A stretch of 64,000 nucleotides of DNA from IMG/VR virus record IMGVR_UViG_3300011114_000269, positions 130 through 64,129 of that record; one strand, written 5' to 3'. Every line of letters starts with the position of its first letter. The stretch's first letter is position 1. This stretch comes from a virus (taxonomy: Duplodnaviria; Caudoviricetes). Shown piece after piece: positions 6,613 through 14,680 of this stretch. Below the pieces are notes generated by a model. That model had not been told where the DNA came from and did no database searches. It worked only from the letters and a program-made list of their open reading frames with translations. The position numbers and the translations under genes are program-made.

Positions 6613-9041
6613 TACATCCTCTTATATGGTGTAGCTTTTTTGCCCTTTAGATAGGCAATCAAACGTGACTTTACAAACTTCTCAAACCCTGCATCTGGCA
6701 TTACCGCTACATCTTTAAGACTGCGAGGCCATACGCCAAACTTATCCTTATAGGTATGCGCCGCCCTGCCCGATGACCACCCGCCATAGGACACTTTATG
6801 CTGACACATCGACCAAAACTTTTGCTTATCGTCCATGCTCATGGAGCCCGCTAATTCATGCATCTCCCCAGCAACGGCAATTACTTTGTTTAGTTTCTCC
6901 TTAACAAATCCGCAGTTGTAGCAAACATCGCTATTAAAACTCCATAGTGCTTGGCACTTAGGACACTTCATTTGCTCCTTTTCTTTTTCTGTTTTTTCTT
7001 TGCGCGACTTCTCTTTTCCATCGTCCAATTCTTCTACGCCGCTTTCAAAGACTTCTTCCCATACTTCTTTGAACCGCAGGTAGTTTCCCGAATGGCAATT
7101 GTGTACTAATAATCCCTCACAAGTGAAGCAATTGTTTGATCCGGCATCGAGTATGTCCCAAACTTCCCTTTCGGTTTTATGGATGGTTGCTTGTATCTTT
7201 CTATTATTTGTTCTGTTGTCATTCCAGCCCAAAAGAAACGTTTCAATGTACTGTCTGAATACAAAATTTCTGGATGGTCTATTCTGAATTTGTGCATTCG
7301 TGCTGTTGATTGATTGCCACGTTTGTTTTGTTGATTCAACTCCACCGATAGCCATCGCAAATTGCCCGCCTCGTAATGACCATTTGGATTTATCCTGTCT
7401 AATTGCATTCGTGACCGCTCCGCTATTGAAGAAAATTTTGGCAACCCAAGATTTTGCATAATCCAAAGCGCTCCTTCTTTTACTCCAGAGAATCTGAACT
7501 CGATTCCACGACCTCCATAAGCCGGATACTGCGCATTTAACGGAGAACAGCAACGCGCCCTCATGCCTTGCACCCGGTTGTATAACCACATCGGGTAACT
7601 TATATCCGGTTGATTGCACGCCCTGCATCCCTTTGTCCTCCCACCCTCTAGGTTTGACAAAGAAATTAAATTTCGGTATCCACATTGAATACATTCGCAC
7701 AAAACGTGCATAAATCTCCTGTGTTTTGCGCCCAACCAAAAAACTTGTGGATCGTAAATCTTCACTGATCCGTATTGGAGTCCCACCAAATCCGGTCTGT
7801 GTGATTCTGATTTGTTGGACGGCACAATCCCCAAAGGTGCGCCAACCTTTAGTGGTGTGAACAAGATGTCCGGCTGTTGCTGTGAGCCCTTGGTATGTAA
7901 TAACTTCTTGGATTCCATTGCAAATTGCTCCTTTATGAGTTACAAAGTTAGTTCCGTCCCATATTTTATGGTTCAAAGTTACTTTGTCAATTGGCACAAG
8001 TCCAGCATCCGTTAAAACCCTGCTACCTTTTGCTAAACACAGCCATAGGGCAAAGTCTTTCTCAGGATAGCCGCGCATCACCCGACCCATTTGCTGTACA
8101 TGACTAGACAGGGATTTACTGAACGGCCTAGCCGATACGCCAATCATTACGTCAGGTACATCAAAACCCTTGGTAAGAATGTCAGTAGCAATTAGCCCGT
8201 GGATTTCTGTATCCGGCCTAGAAAAATCTTCAATGGCATCTTTCTTAAACTGGTCATCGTCTTTGTAGCTAATGCTGACAAAGTTGTAGCCCTGATCTGC
8301 AAACTTGCGGGCTAAGTCTGTCCCATGATCCACCCCTGCGCAGAACACAATAGTCTTGCGAGGCCGACCAAATATCTCATGGGTTTTCTTTATCCACTCA
8401 GCAACAATGTCGCCCGTGATCTTCATGCCGCGTGACGTAGCTTCCTGCTGGCTCCACTCGCCCGCCACTTTCTTTGCGCCCTCCATATCAATTTCTTTGG
8501 CTATGAATACACGCAGGGGAACAAGTATTTTGTCTGATACCAACTCTTTAGTGGTAACAGTAGACACTACGTTCTCATAGGATTTACCCATGCCCTTGGT
8601 AAATGGCGTAGCAGTAAGGCCAATCACCCTGATATTTGGATTGTTCTTGATGAACTCCATCGTTTTGCTGCGCGTGGTATGCGCTTCGTCCACAATCAGA
8701 AGGTTTAGGTCAGGGAATGAGCCGCGTTTCTCTAGCGTTTGGGCAGAACAAATCTGTATCTTTTCATAGGGCCGATAGCGCCAGTGGCCCGCCTGTAGAA
8801 CGCCGTGGTCTATGCCGTATTTCTCTAGCCGCTGACTGGTCTGGTCGCACAGAATGATTCTGTCCAAAACCATAGCCGCCTTGTTTCCCTTTTCTTTTGT
8901 GGCCTCCAGCAAAGCAATCGCCATCTCTGTCTTACCCGCACCCGTGGGAGCATAAAGAATCTGACTACGCGCCCCACTTGCAAAGCCTTGGCGTAAAGCT
9001 TCCAATGTATCTAGCTGATACTGTCTTAAATTTAAACCCAT
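6612..9041 (-). CDS. SF2 (DEAH/RadD-like) helicase with intein and C-terminal Zn finger
   Basis: APTGAGKT, IVDEAH, GLTAT, KGFDVPD, QQMGRVMR; CPKC..CYNC. Confidence 0.92.
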   Translation of the reverse strand: MGLNLRQYQLDTLEALRQGFASGARSQILYAPTGAGKTEMAIALLEATKEKGNKAAMVLDRIILCDQTSQRLEKYGIDHGVLQAGHWRYRPYEKIQICSAQTLEKRGSFPDLNLLIVDEAHTTRSKTMEFIKNNPNIRVIGLTATPFTKGMGKSYENVVSTVTTKELVSDKILVPLRVFIAKEIDMEGAKKVAGEWSQQEATSRGMKITGDIVAEWIKKTHEIFGRPRKTIVFCAGVDHGTDLARKFADQGYNFVSISYKDDDQFKKDAIEDFSRPDTEIHGLIATDILTKGFDVPDVMIGVSARPFSKSLSSHVQQMGRVMRGYPEKDFALWLCLAKGSRVLTDAGLVPIDKVTLNHKIWDGTNFVTHKGAICNGIQEVITYQGLTATAGHLVHTTKGWRTFGDCAVQQIRITQTGFGGTPIRISEDLRSTSFLVGRKTQEIYARFVRMYSMWIPKFNFFVKPRGWEDKGMQGVQSTGYKLPDVVIQPGARHEGALLFSVKCAVSGLWRSWNRVQILWSKRRSALDYAKSWVAKIFFNSGAVTNAIRQDKSKWSLRGGQFAMAIGGVESTKQTWQSINSTNAQIQNRPSRNFVFRQYIETFLLGWNDNRTNNRKIQATIHKTEREVWDILDAGSNNCFTCEGLLVHNCHSGNYLRFKEVWEEVFESGVEELDDGKEKSRKEKTEKEKEQMKCPKCQALWSFNSDVCYNCGFVKEKLNKVIAVAGEMHELAGSMSMDDKQKFWSMCQHKVSYGGWSSGRAAHTYKDKFGVWPRSLKDVAVMPDAGFEKFVKSRLIAYLKGKKATPYKRM
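7098..8039 (-). mobile_element. Intein, 314 aa (helicase residues 335-648)
   Basis: Block A CLAKGSRVLT, block B TATAGHLV, block F VWDILD, block G LLVHN with +1 Cys. Confidence 0.92.
7106..7918 (-). CDS. HNH homing endonuclease nested in the +1 frame of the intein
   Basis: CECIQCG, GRTKGCRAC, MRARC..YPAYGGRGI, LDRINPNGHYEAGNLRW..NQQNKR; AAGGAG 9 nt before the ATG. Confidence 0.88.
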   Translation of the reverse strand: MESKKLLHTKGSQQQPDILFTPLKVGAPLGIVPSNKSESHRPDLVGLQYGSVKIYDPQVFWLGAKHRRFMHVLCECIQCGYRNLISLSNLEGGRTKGCRACNQPDISYPMWLYNRVQGMRARCCSPLNAQYPAYGGRGIEFRFSGVKEGALWIMQNLGLPKFSSIAERSRMQLDRINPNGHYEAGNLRWLSVELNQQNKRGNQSTARMHKFRIDHPEILYSDSTLKRFFWAGMTTEQIIERYKQPSIKPKGKFGTYSMPDQTIASLVRDY

Positions 9042-9095
9042 GTTCTTCCTCTGTCAGCATACAGGCCCGCTGACTTGGGCGCTTATCAAAATTAA

Positions 9096-9122
9096 AAACA
9101 TTCCGAGTGGTAACGTTACCAC
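9096..9122. promoter_or_regulatory. 27-bp element containing palindrome GTGGTAACGTTACCAC, copy 1
   Basis: Identical to 22078-22104; 21 bp inverted at 62741-62761. Confidence 0.8.
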
Positions 9123-9123
9123 C

Positions 9124-9987
9124 CTAGTCGCCGCAGAAACAAGAGATTCCCTCTTCATTGGGGTCAAAAATATCACGCTGCGCCGCCGTATATTTGGCTA
9201 ACTCTGCATAGCTAGGCCGATCTTTTCTAAACTTAGAGCTGTCTTTCTGCGCCCCTTCTTTGCCTTCCGCATTCTTTTCCATTTGCGCCCACCATACGGC
9301 ACGCTCTGGATTTTCTGCTATCAAAGACGCTATCTGCTGCAATGGTTTTAAAAAACATAAGTCGCAATTGCCGTGCATGGTTACGCCGTTCATATTGGGC
9401 AACCCCAAGTCAAACGATTGCTTGCGCCAAAAGTCACCGACCTCTTCTTTGGTAACGCCAGCATCTGCCAGCGGGACTAATCTGCATACGCCGGATCTAC
9501 CATCGTCAGGGTTAGCCCTAATTTTTGCAGCACGCCTTTGCTCATCGGCCCTGATGCCAATGAAATTATCGTACTCCACCCAACCCAAGCTTCTGCAATA
9601 GCGATAGAAGGGATCAATCTTTAGCCGGACTGTGCAAATTCTCATTACTGGATTAGGTAAGAATGGTTTGCCAACCGCCTCAATCATTTCCTCAAATGGT
9701 TCGCCGTTCCTAGCAGCAGTTTCAAACGTCACTACTTTGTACCGCTGGTGCAAATCCTCATGGGTTGCGTACTCCAACCAGACCACGGGAACATTCCAAT
9801 TAACGGAGCAGTCATGTACAAACTGCAACGTTTCCGGCATTTCTTTGCCAGTGTTTGCAAATAGAACGACTGTTTCATTTGGCAGCTTGCCACCATGCGC
9901 TTGCAATACTTTCCAAAGCATATACGCAGACGTTCTGCCGCCGCTAAAAGAAATACAAGTTGGCCCTGTAATCAGGAAAGGATTCAT
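9124..9987 (-). CDS. PAPS reductase / DndC-like family protein
   Basis: SFSGGRTS, FANTGKE, GIRADE, GNCDLCFLK, terminal CFCGD. Confidence 0.85.
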   Translation of the reverse strand: MNPFLITGPTCISFSGGRTSAYMLWKVLQAHGGKLPNETVVLFANTGKEMPETLQFVHDCSVNWNVPVVWLEYATHEDLHQRYKVVTFETAARNGEPFEEMIEAVGKPFLPNPVMRICTVRLKIDPFYRYCRSLGWVEYDNFIGIRADEQRRAAKIRANPDDGRSGVCRLVPLADAGVTKEEVGDFWRKQSFDLGLPNMNGVTMHGNCDLCFLKPLQQIASLIAENPERAVWWAQMEKNAEGKEGAQKDSSKFRKDRPSYAELAKYTAAQRDIFDPNEEGISCFCGD

Positions 9988-10355
9988 TTAAATTGCTCCA
10001 ATGCCCACCGAGCAGCTTCTACTTCTTTTGGTTTTGCCATGATGTTTTCCGCTATCTCTTTCCATGCTTTAAGTTGCCGCTGATGACCGACTAGAAATGC
10101 CTGTTCCCGCTCTTCCCGTGACGCATCACCCTGATCTAGCCATGTATGACATACGACACAAGCCCATACGGAATAGGTATCGTCAGCCTTCAATGACTTC
10201 CCTTTGCCGTGAGATGCGCTATTGGAATGTGCCGCTACTGTGGTACTGCCCTCTATCCCTCGACAGAACGGAGTAACCACAAGTAGGCAGCGCTTCCCAT
10301 TAGCCATAGCCAACAAAGCAGGGTTACGTTTTGCTGGAACCTTGGCGTAGCTCAT
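9984..10355 (-). CDS. DUF1364-like putative HNH/Zn nuclease-fold protein
   Basis: TTVAAHSN..HGKG..KADD..WACVVCH. Confidence 0.7.
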   Translation of the reverse strand: MSYAKVPAKRNPALLAMANGKRCLLVVTPFCRGIEGSTTVAAHSNSASHGKGKSLKADDTYSVWACVVCHTWLDQGDASREEREQAFLVGHQRQLKAWKEIAENIMAKPKEVEAARWALEQFK

Positions 10356-10495
10356 TGAATTTCTCTGAGGTACTCTAAAGCTTCCTGTACGGGCTTCCAT
10401 ACCCTTGGCTCAAAGTCTCGACGTTCAATCCATTTTGCAATTTCATCCAAAACAAACTGATACCCGTCATCAAAGCCGTCTTTGTAATCGCTCAT
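10352..10495 (-). CDS. Small hypothetical protein MSDYKDGFDDGY... (47 aa, not in track)
   Basis: ATGA overlaps at both ends. Confidence 0.55.
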   Translation of the reverse strand: MSDYKDGFDDGYQFVLDEIAKWIERRDFEPRVWKPVQEALEYLREIQ

Positions 10496-10680
10496 CTTGT
10501 TTTCCTTTCTTCTAAGAATGCTTCAGCTATATCGTAGGACTCTTTGGCAACCACTTCCGGCGTAGACGTTCTGCCTATGGATGTAATGATTGCAAAGAAG
10601 TCCAGCAAAGTAATCTCCTCTAGTGAAAGCTTTTGGTCTTCCACTAAAGCTAGAAGCCCCTCAGACTTTTTCTTTACCAT
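10492..10680 (-). CDS. Hypothetical protein (TLLDFFA..SYDIAEAFL)
   Basis: Resembles 16587..16826. Confidence 0.6.
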   Translation of the reverse strand: MVKKKSEGLLALVEDQKLSLEEITLLDFFAIITSIGRTSTPEVVAKESYDIAEAFLEERKTR

Positions 10681-10972
10681 TGCGACCCCTTGGTATAACG
10701 ACAATCATCATATCCAATTGTTCAGTCAAAAGGTCTTTGATAGTGTAGCCGCCAACAGAAATGTTGTTGGCATTGCCATCGCGGGCAATGACTCCAATCG
10801 CATCACGGATAGCTTTGTTGTATCCCGAATTGAACATATCATCGCCCTCAATAATCATAGTGATTGCATCACGAACCAGTCCTGATGCTTTCCTATTGCC
10901 CGCTGCGGCCTTTAACTTCGTATAGATTTCTATTGGTAGGTGTACCGAGTAGGGTACTAAACGTTTTTCCAT
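10661..10972 (-). CDS. Ribbon-helix-helix-like DNA-binding protein
   Basis: YSVHLPIEIYTKLK..SGLVRDAI. Confidence 0.55.
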   Translation of the reverse strand: MEKRLVPYSVHLPIEIYTKLKAAAGNRKASGLVRDAITMIIEGDDMFNSGYNKAIRDAIGVIARDGNANNISVGGYTIKDLLTEQLDMMIVVIPRGRNGKEKV

Positions 10973-11373
10973 TGTTTAAATTCCTCGTTGATTGATAAAA
11001 AGATCTTGGCAGCTTCGCCGTTAACCCTGAATTCCGCTCTGGATTTAATGCCGCACTTGGTATATAGCCAATCGACTGCATAAGCTTCATCTGCTGCAAA
11101 AGACTCGCCCGTTTCATCTAGCCACCTATGAAATTGTGGATCCTTGGAAACGATGGCAGATATTTTGACCACATCTATAAAGTTATCCCTGTTCACTGGG
11201 CGCTCGTTCTCGCCAAGCCGAACCATGACCACCTGATAACGCGCTCCAACAAAATCCCTCAGAATTTCAGCAGGGATTTCGTCAGGATGTACGGACAAGG
11301 TAAGTACATACCCCGTCCGGTCTTGCTTGATGGCTACCTTAACGCCTTCAAATTGACTGGTTTGCATGGTCAA
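10957..11373 (-). CDS. Hypothetical protein of the recombination module
   Basis: Packed ORF; CGIKSRAE motif. Confidence 0.65.
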   Translation of the reverse strand: MTMQTSQFEGVKVAIKQDRTGYVLTLSVHPDEIPAEILRDFVGARYQVVMVRLGENERPVNRDNFIDVVKISAIVSKDPQFHRWLDETGESFAADEAYAVDWLYTKCGIKSRAEFRVNGEAAKIFLSINEEFKQWKNV

Positions 11374-11678
11374 AAAGGAATTGAATCTTCGTCAATGGGC
11401 GCTTGCTTTGGTCTTTGCTCCGGCTGAGCATAAGGATTTTCCTTTGGAGTAGGCTTGTAGTTGTTCCAAGCCAAGCGAAACCAAGGGCCGTAGTTACCGC
11501 TCATATCCCAGCAACTTAGCTTGATAACAATGTCGTCTTCGTCTGTTTCCTCCAGCAATTTCTTCAAAGCAGAACGCTCCATGACTAACTCACCAGTTTT
11601 ATCCGGCTTCCTGTTATCGCTAGCGTCTTTGTACTTGTTGGGGGAAAGCTTTCCGCTATTGGGGTACTGTGCCATCAT
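11370..11678 (-). CDS. SSB-like protein
   Basis: Acidic tail DEDSIPF; adjacent to ERF gene. Confidence 0.65.
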   Translation of the reverse strand: MMAQYPNSGKLSPNKYKDASDNRKPDKTGELVMERSALKKLLEETDEDDIVIKLSCWDMSGNYGPWFRLAWNNYKPTPKENPYAQPEQRPKQAPIDEDSIPF

Positions 11679-12337
11679 TGTTCCTTTTTAAATTTAAGTT
11701 TAGCTGCCGTGAACTTTGCCATTACATCCTTGTACTTGGCATCATCTAGTTTTTTCAACTCGTCCATAATTGATTTGTTGTTGCTATAGATAGCCATCAC
11801 ATCTTCCAAGCTATTCACCGCAGACAACATCAAGTCTACTGATTGACCGACAACCTGTAGCCAGCTATCAGCGTCCGCTCCAGCAGTCACTTTGATAGAC
11901 CACTCACCGCCGCCGCCCATTACTTTAGGAGGTGACTTGGGTTCTGCCTTTGCCTTTGGCTCTTCTATCTTTTGAGAAGAATCAATAACATCATGCTCCA
12001 CGATCTCCAATGCCGTCATCCATAGGTATCGACGTTGGTAAGTCTCTACCGCACCCAAGTTTTGGATAGGATGTGCGCCCTTCAGTTCTGCCGCAGCCAT
12101 AGGGCTAGATATAACAATCACTGTGCCGTCATCGGTATCGGTAATGGTTAGGGTGGCGTAGCTTGCGTCATAGGACACAACACCACACAAACCAAGATCG
12201 TTAAATATGTTTTGAATCTCAGGCAAGAAGTCGCCTAACTCAAAATATTTGTATCCAGCAAACTTGTTCAGTCCGCTCTTCTCCAGCTTTGTACCTTGCA
12301 AACGTATCCGCGCTTGCATTAGTTTCTTATGTACCAT
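11675..12337 (-). CDS. erf: ERF-family single-strand annealing protein
   Basis: KSGLNKFAGYKYFEL and IQNLGAVETYQRRY. Confidence 0.85.
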   Translation of the reverse strand: MVHKKLMQARIRLQGTKLEKSGLNKFAGYKYFELGDFLPEIQNIFNDLGLCGVVSYDASYATLTITDTDDGTVIVISSPMAAAELKGAHPIQNLGAVETYQRRYLWMTALEIVEHDVIDSSQKIEEPKAKAEPKSPPKVMGGGGEWSIKVTAGADADSWLQVVGQSVDLMLSAVNSLEDVMAIYSNNKSIMDELKKLDDAKYKDVMAKFTAAKLKFKKEQ

Positions 12338-13199
12338 TCTTTTCCTTCAAGTAGTTTTGGTATTGACTGCAAAAAGAATTGACTTGGCAATACTTCTCAC
12401 AACGGGTACGCTCCCCTTCTCGGATCTCAATAAAGTAACCCTTTTCAGGTAACGCTGCTTCAGCATCCTCCTTCGTCTTGTGAACGCTCTTGGCTCTTAC
12501 GCCGCCGTCTTTCTTAACGGCATATGTGGTTGGCTTCTCCCACATATCTTCAGGTGTGCATGGTGGAATGTCACCTTCTGTTTCTGATTCAAAGTATGCT
12601 TCACTGTGCATACGAATGCGATCCTCTACGTACTTCTGGCGCTGCTCCATAGGCCATAAGGGAATGTCAATCGTAGCTACTGGTGCTGACGGATAGCCTT
12701 CCTTCTCTGCATCCCTTGCCGCCCAATCACGAATGATTGCAATGATCTGAAGCTTCTTGACGGGTTCTTTCTTTACCTTCTCCACCAGCCATGCATACAC
12801 GTTTAGCTGGTTGTGCCAATCATCCTTCTCGTTCATTACAGACCATGCGCCCGTAACTTTGTAGTCGCTGATGATGATGCCGTCTTCTTCTACTTCCTGT
12901 AGGTCAATGGCCCCGCTAATCTTCCAGCCGTCGGTTTCTGAATAAAGCCGCTGCTCTACTAGGTGGTGTGTATCCTTGCCATGCTCTAAGATGTTGTGTA
13001 CGGCAGAACCAAACAAGGCCCATACCATTTCACTTACGTCTTGCTCTATGCTTTCCCAGTGCTTGCGCTTTAGCTGGACAATCCGAGGACTGTTCAGCAA
13101 CTCTGTACAAGAGATGTTTGCGTTCCCCTTGGTGTAGGTGGGCCGCTCCATCACATTGACAAAAGTCTGTGGTAGACCGTACTTGTTAGTTAGTTTCAC
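12327..13199 (-). CDS. PD-(D/E)XK Cas4/AddB-like exonuclease
   Basis: GSAVH, SGAIDL, SDYKVT, C-terminal C-x3-C-x5-C; AGGAG before GTG 13199. Confidence 0.85.
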   Translation of the reverse strand: MKLTNKYGLPQTFVNVMERPTYTKGNANISCTELLNSPRIVQLKRKHWESIEQDVSEMVWALFGSAVHNILEHGKDTHHLVEQRLYSETDGWKISGAIDLQEVEEDGIIISDYKVTGAWSVMNEKDDWHNQLNVYAWLVEKVKKEPVKKLQIIAIIRDWAARDAEKEGYPSAPVATIDIPLWPMEQRQKYVEDRIRMHSEAYFESETEGDIPPCTPEDMWEKPTTYAVKKDGGVRAKSVHKTKEDAEAALPEKGYFIEIREGERTRCEKYCQVNSFCSQYQNYLKEKNGT

Positions 13200-13243
13200 T
13201 GTTACTCCTGTGTGTTGAGAGAAGCTACAATGTACCACACAAG

Positions 13244-13272
13244 TTGCCTGTTGGATGCCTTTGTGTTATAAC
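13244..13272 (+). promoter_or_regulatory. Sigma70-like promoter (rightward)
   Basis: TTGCCT-17 bp-TATAAC with extended TG, in the divergent intergenic region. Confidence 0.55.
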
Positions 13273-13314
13273 TGCCAATGAATTTTTTCTATCGACAATA
13301 GGAGAGTGATTGAG

Positions 13315-13371
13315 ATGTCTAAATATGCACGACGGGTGGACGCAAAACAAATGTATGCTATCATTGCGTAA
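13315..13371 (+). pseudogene. Relic 5' end of the nuclease gene (MSKYARRVDAKQ...)
   Basis: Similar to MKYANRVDRNQ at 13928; AGGAG RBS. Confidence 0.6.
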
Positions 13372-13388
13372 ATTAGTTACCGCAAATT

Positions 13389-13931
13389 ATGAAAACACTT
13401 CAAGATTTTGACTTGTCAACTAGGACTGGTAGACACAAAGCAAGAAAAAATGGCCTTGATGTGCCAAAACAAAAACCCGGAACAAAGCAACCTGATTTTT
13501 GGTCACTTGTTGAAAAAAAAGGCCAAGATGAATGCTGGCTTTGGCTTGGGAAGTTGAATCAATGGGGCTATGGTCGCATCAGACATGGCGGCATTCAAGC
13601 AATGGCGCATAGAGTGGCATATCAATTGCAAACTGAAAAAAGCATTGATGGGTTGATTGCAATGCACATTTGCGACAATCCAGCGTGTTGCAACCCAAAT
13701 CACATAACTCTTGGCACTCATGCCGACAATCAAAAAGACAAATTTAACAAAAATCGCCAAGCCAAAGGGGAAATAAATGGACAATCAATTCTCACAGAAG
13801 AACAAGTAATTGAAGCAAGAAAGTTGTATGTTGAAACAAAAACAACTTACAAAAAACTTGCAGAAAAATTTGGTGTTAGCAGAGATACCATGCAAAAAGC
13901 AATACGTAAAATCTATTGGAAACATGTATGA
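13389..13931 (+). CDS. Free-standing HNH homing endonuclease with C-terminal HTH
   Basis: CWLW..GYG..AHRVAY..MHICDNPACCNPNH..GTHADNQKD. Confidence 0.92.
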   Translation: MKTLQDFDLSTRTGRHKARKNGLDVPKQKPGTKQPDFWSLVEKKGQDECWLWLGKLNQWGYGRIRHGGIQAMAHRVAYQLQTEKSIDGLIAMHICDNPACCNPNHITLGTHADNQKDKFNKNRQAKGEINGQSILTEEQVIEARKLYVETKTTYKKLAEKFGVSRDTMQKAIRKIYWKHV

Positions 13932-14233
13932 AATATGCAAACAGGGTTGACAGAAACCAAGGGGAAATTGTTGCTGCGCTGCGGGCTTACGGAGCTACAG
14001 TCAAAGTGGTTACCCAAGGCGGTGGGATACCTGACCTACTGGTGGGATACACAAATCCTGAGAGTCTTACTAAGTACACCCTGCTGCTGGAGGTAAAGGA
14101 CGGGAACAAGCCGCCGTCTGCCCGGAAACTTACCCCGGCAGAAGAAAAGTTCTTTTTTGAGTGGACGGGTGGGATGCTGGCTATCGTGGAAAGTGCCGAG
14201 GAAGCGGTAGATATTTTGAAGCATTGCCGTTAG
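13928..14233 (+). CDS. VRR-NUC / resolvase-like PD-(D/E)XK nuclease
   Basis: GIPDLLVGY, LLEVKDG, KLTPAE. Confidence 0.8.
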   Translation: MKYANRVDRNQGEIVAALRAYGATVKVVTQGGGIPDLLVGYTNPESLTKYTLLLEVKDGNKPPSARKLTPAEEKFFFEWTGGMLAIVESAEEAVDILKHCR

Positions 14234-14273
14234 CGTGTACAATTTATCTGTCTCCTTGGCCTGCAAAGGTCTT

Positions 14274-14300
14274 ACCCCTCGCTAGTCGGGGGGTTCTTTT
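14274..14300 (+). terminator. Rho-independent terminator
   Basis: ACCCCTCG/CGGGGGGT hairpin followed by TCTTTT. Confidence 0.6.
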
Positions 14301-14304
14301 AGGA

Positions 14305-14537
14305 GCTAACACGCATGGGGATTAAGAGGCGAGGGGGTGTAGCCGCACTTCTGGAGACTCGCTGAAAGTCGCAAGGCAAACGAACAGGCGCTATGGTTAG
14401 CCAAGAGGAGTCCGGTAAGGGTTCAAATCCCGCCTTAGTCCCCAGCCGTGTTGGTGGGATGTGGCATGGCGCGAGTACGCGATCATCATCAATGCTATGG
14501 GCTGGAACGATAAGCCACGCACCCAAGCGCCACCAAC
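14305..14537 (+). ncRNA. Structured ncRNA candidate A
   Basis: GCTAACACG/CGTGTTGGT, TGGGGATTAAG/CTTAGTCCCCA and GTTGGTGG/CCACCAAC helices. Confidence 0.45.
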
Positions 14538-14546
14538 AACCTTTAT

Positions 14547-14621
14547 CGCGGAGTGGGGAAAGAGTAACCCGCATGGCTCATAACCATGAGATAGCTGGTG
14601 CGACTCCAGCCTCCGCTACCA
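14547..14621 (+). tRNA. tRNA with CAT anticodon (fMet-like, atypical)
   Basis: CGCGGAG/CTCCGCT acceptor stem, CATGG-CTCATAA-CCATG anticodon arm, GCTGG/CCAGC T-arm, encoded CCA. Confidence 0.85.
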
Positions 14622-14640
14622 AAAATATTTTTACTACTTA

Positions 14641-14669
14641 TTGCCGCAAAGCAAAAAGTTCTGTATACT
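14641..14669 (+). promoter_or_regulatory. Sigma70 promoter
   Basis: TTGCCG-17 bp-TATACT. Confidence 0.7.
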
Positions 14670-14680
14670 TACAACCGTTG

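Noticed and set aside
12327-13199. Cas4-like gene as part of a CRISPR system
   Set aside because: No repeat-spacer array or other cas genes; context with ERF and SSB indicates a recombination exonuclease
14410-14445. Second tRNA suggested by GTTCAAATCC
   Set aside because: No cloverleaf, acceptor stem or CCA can be built; treated as part of RNA candidate A
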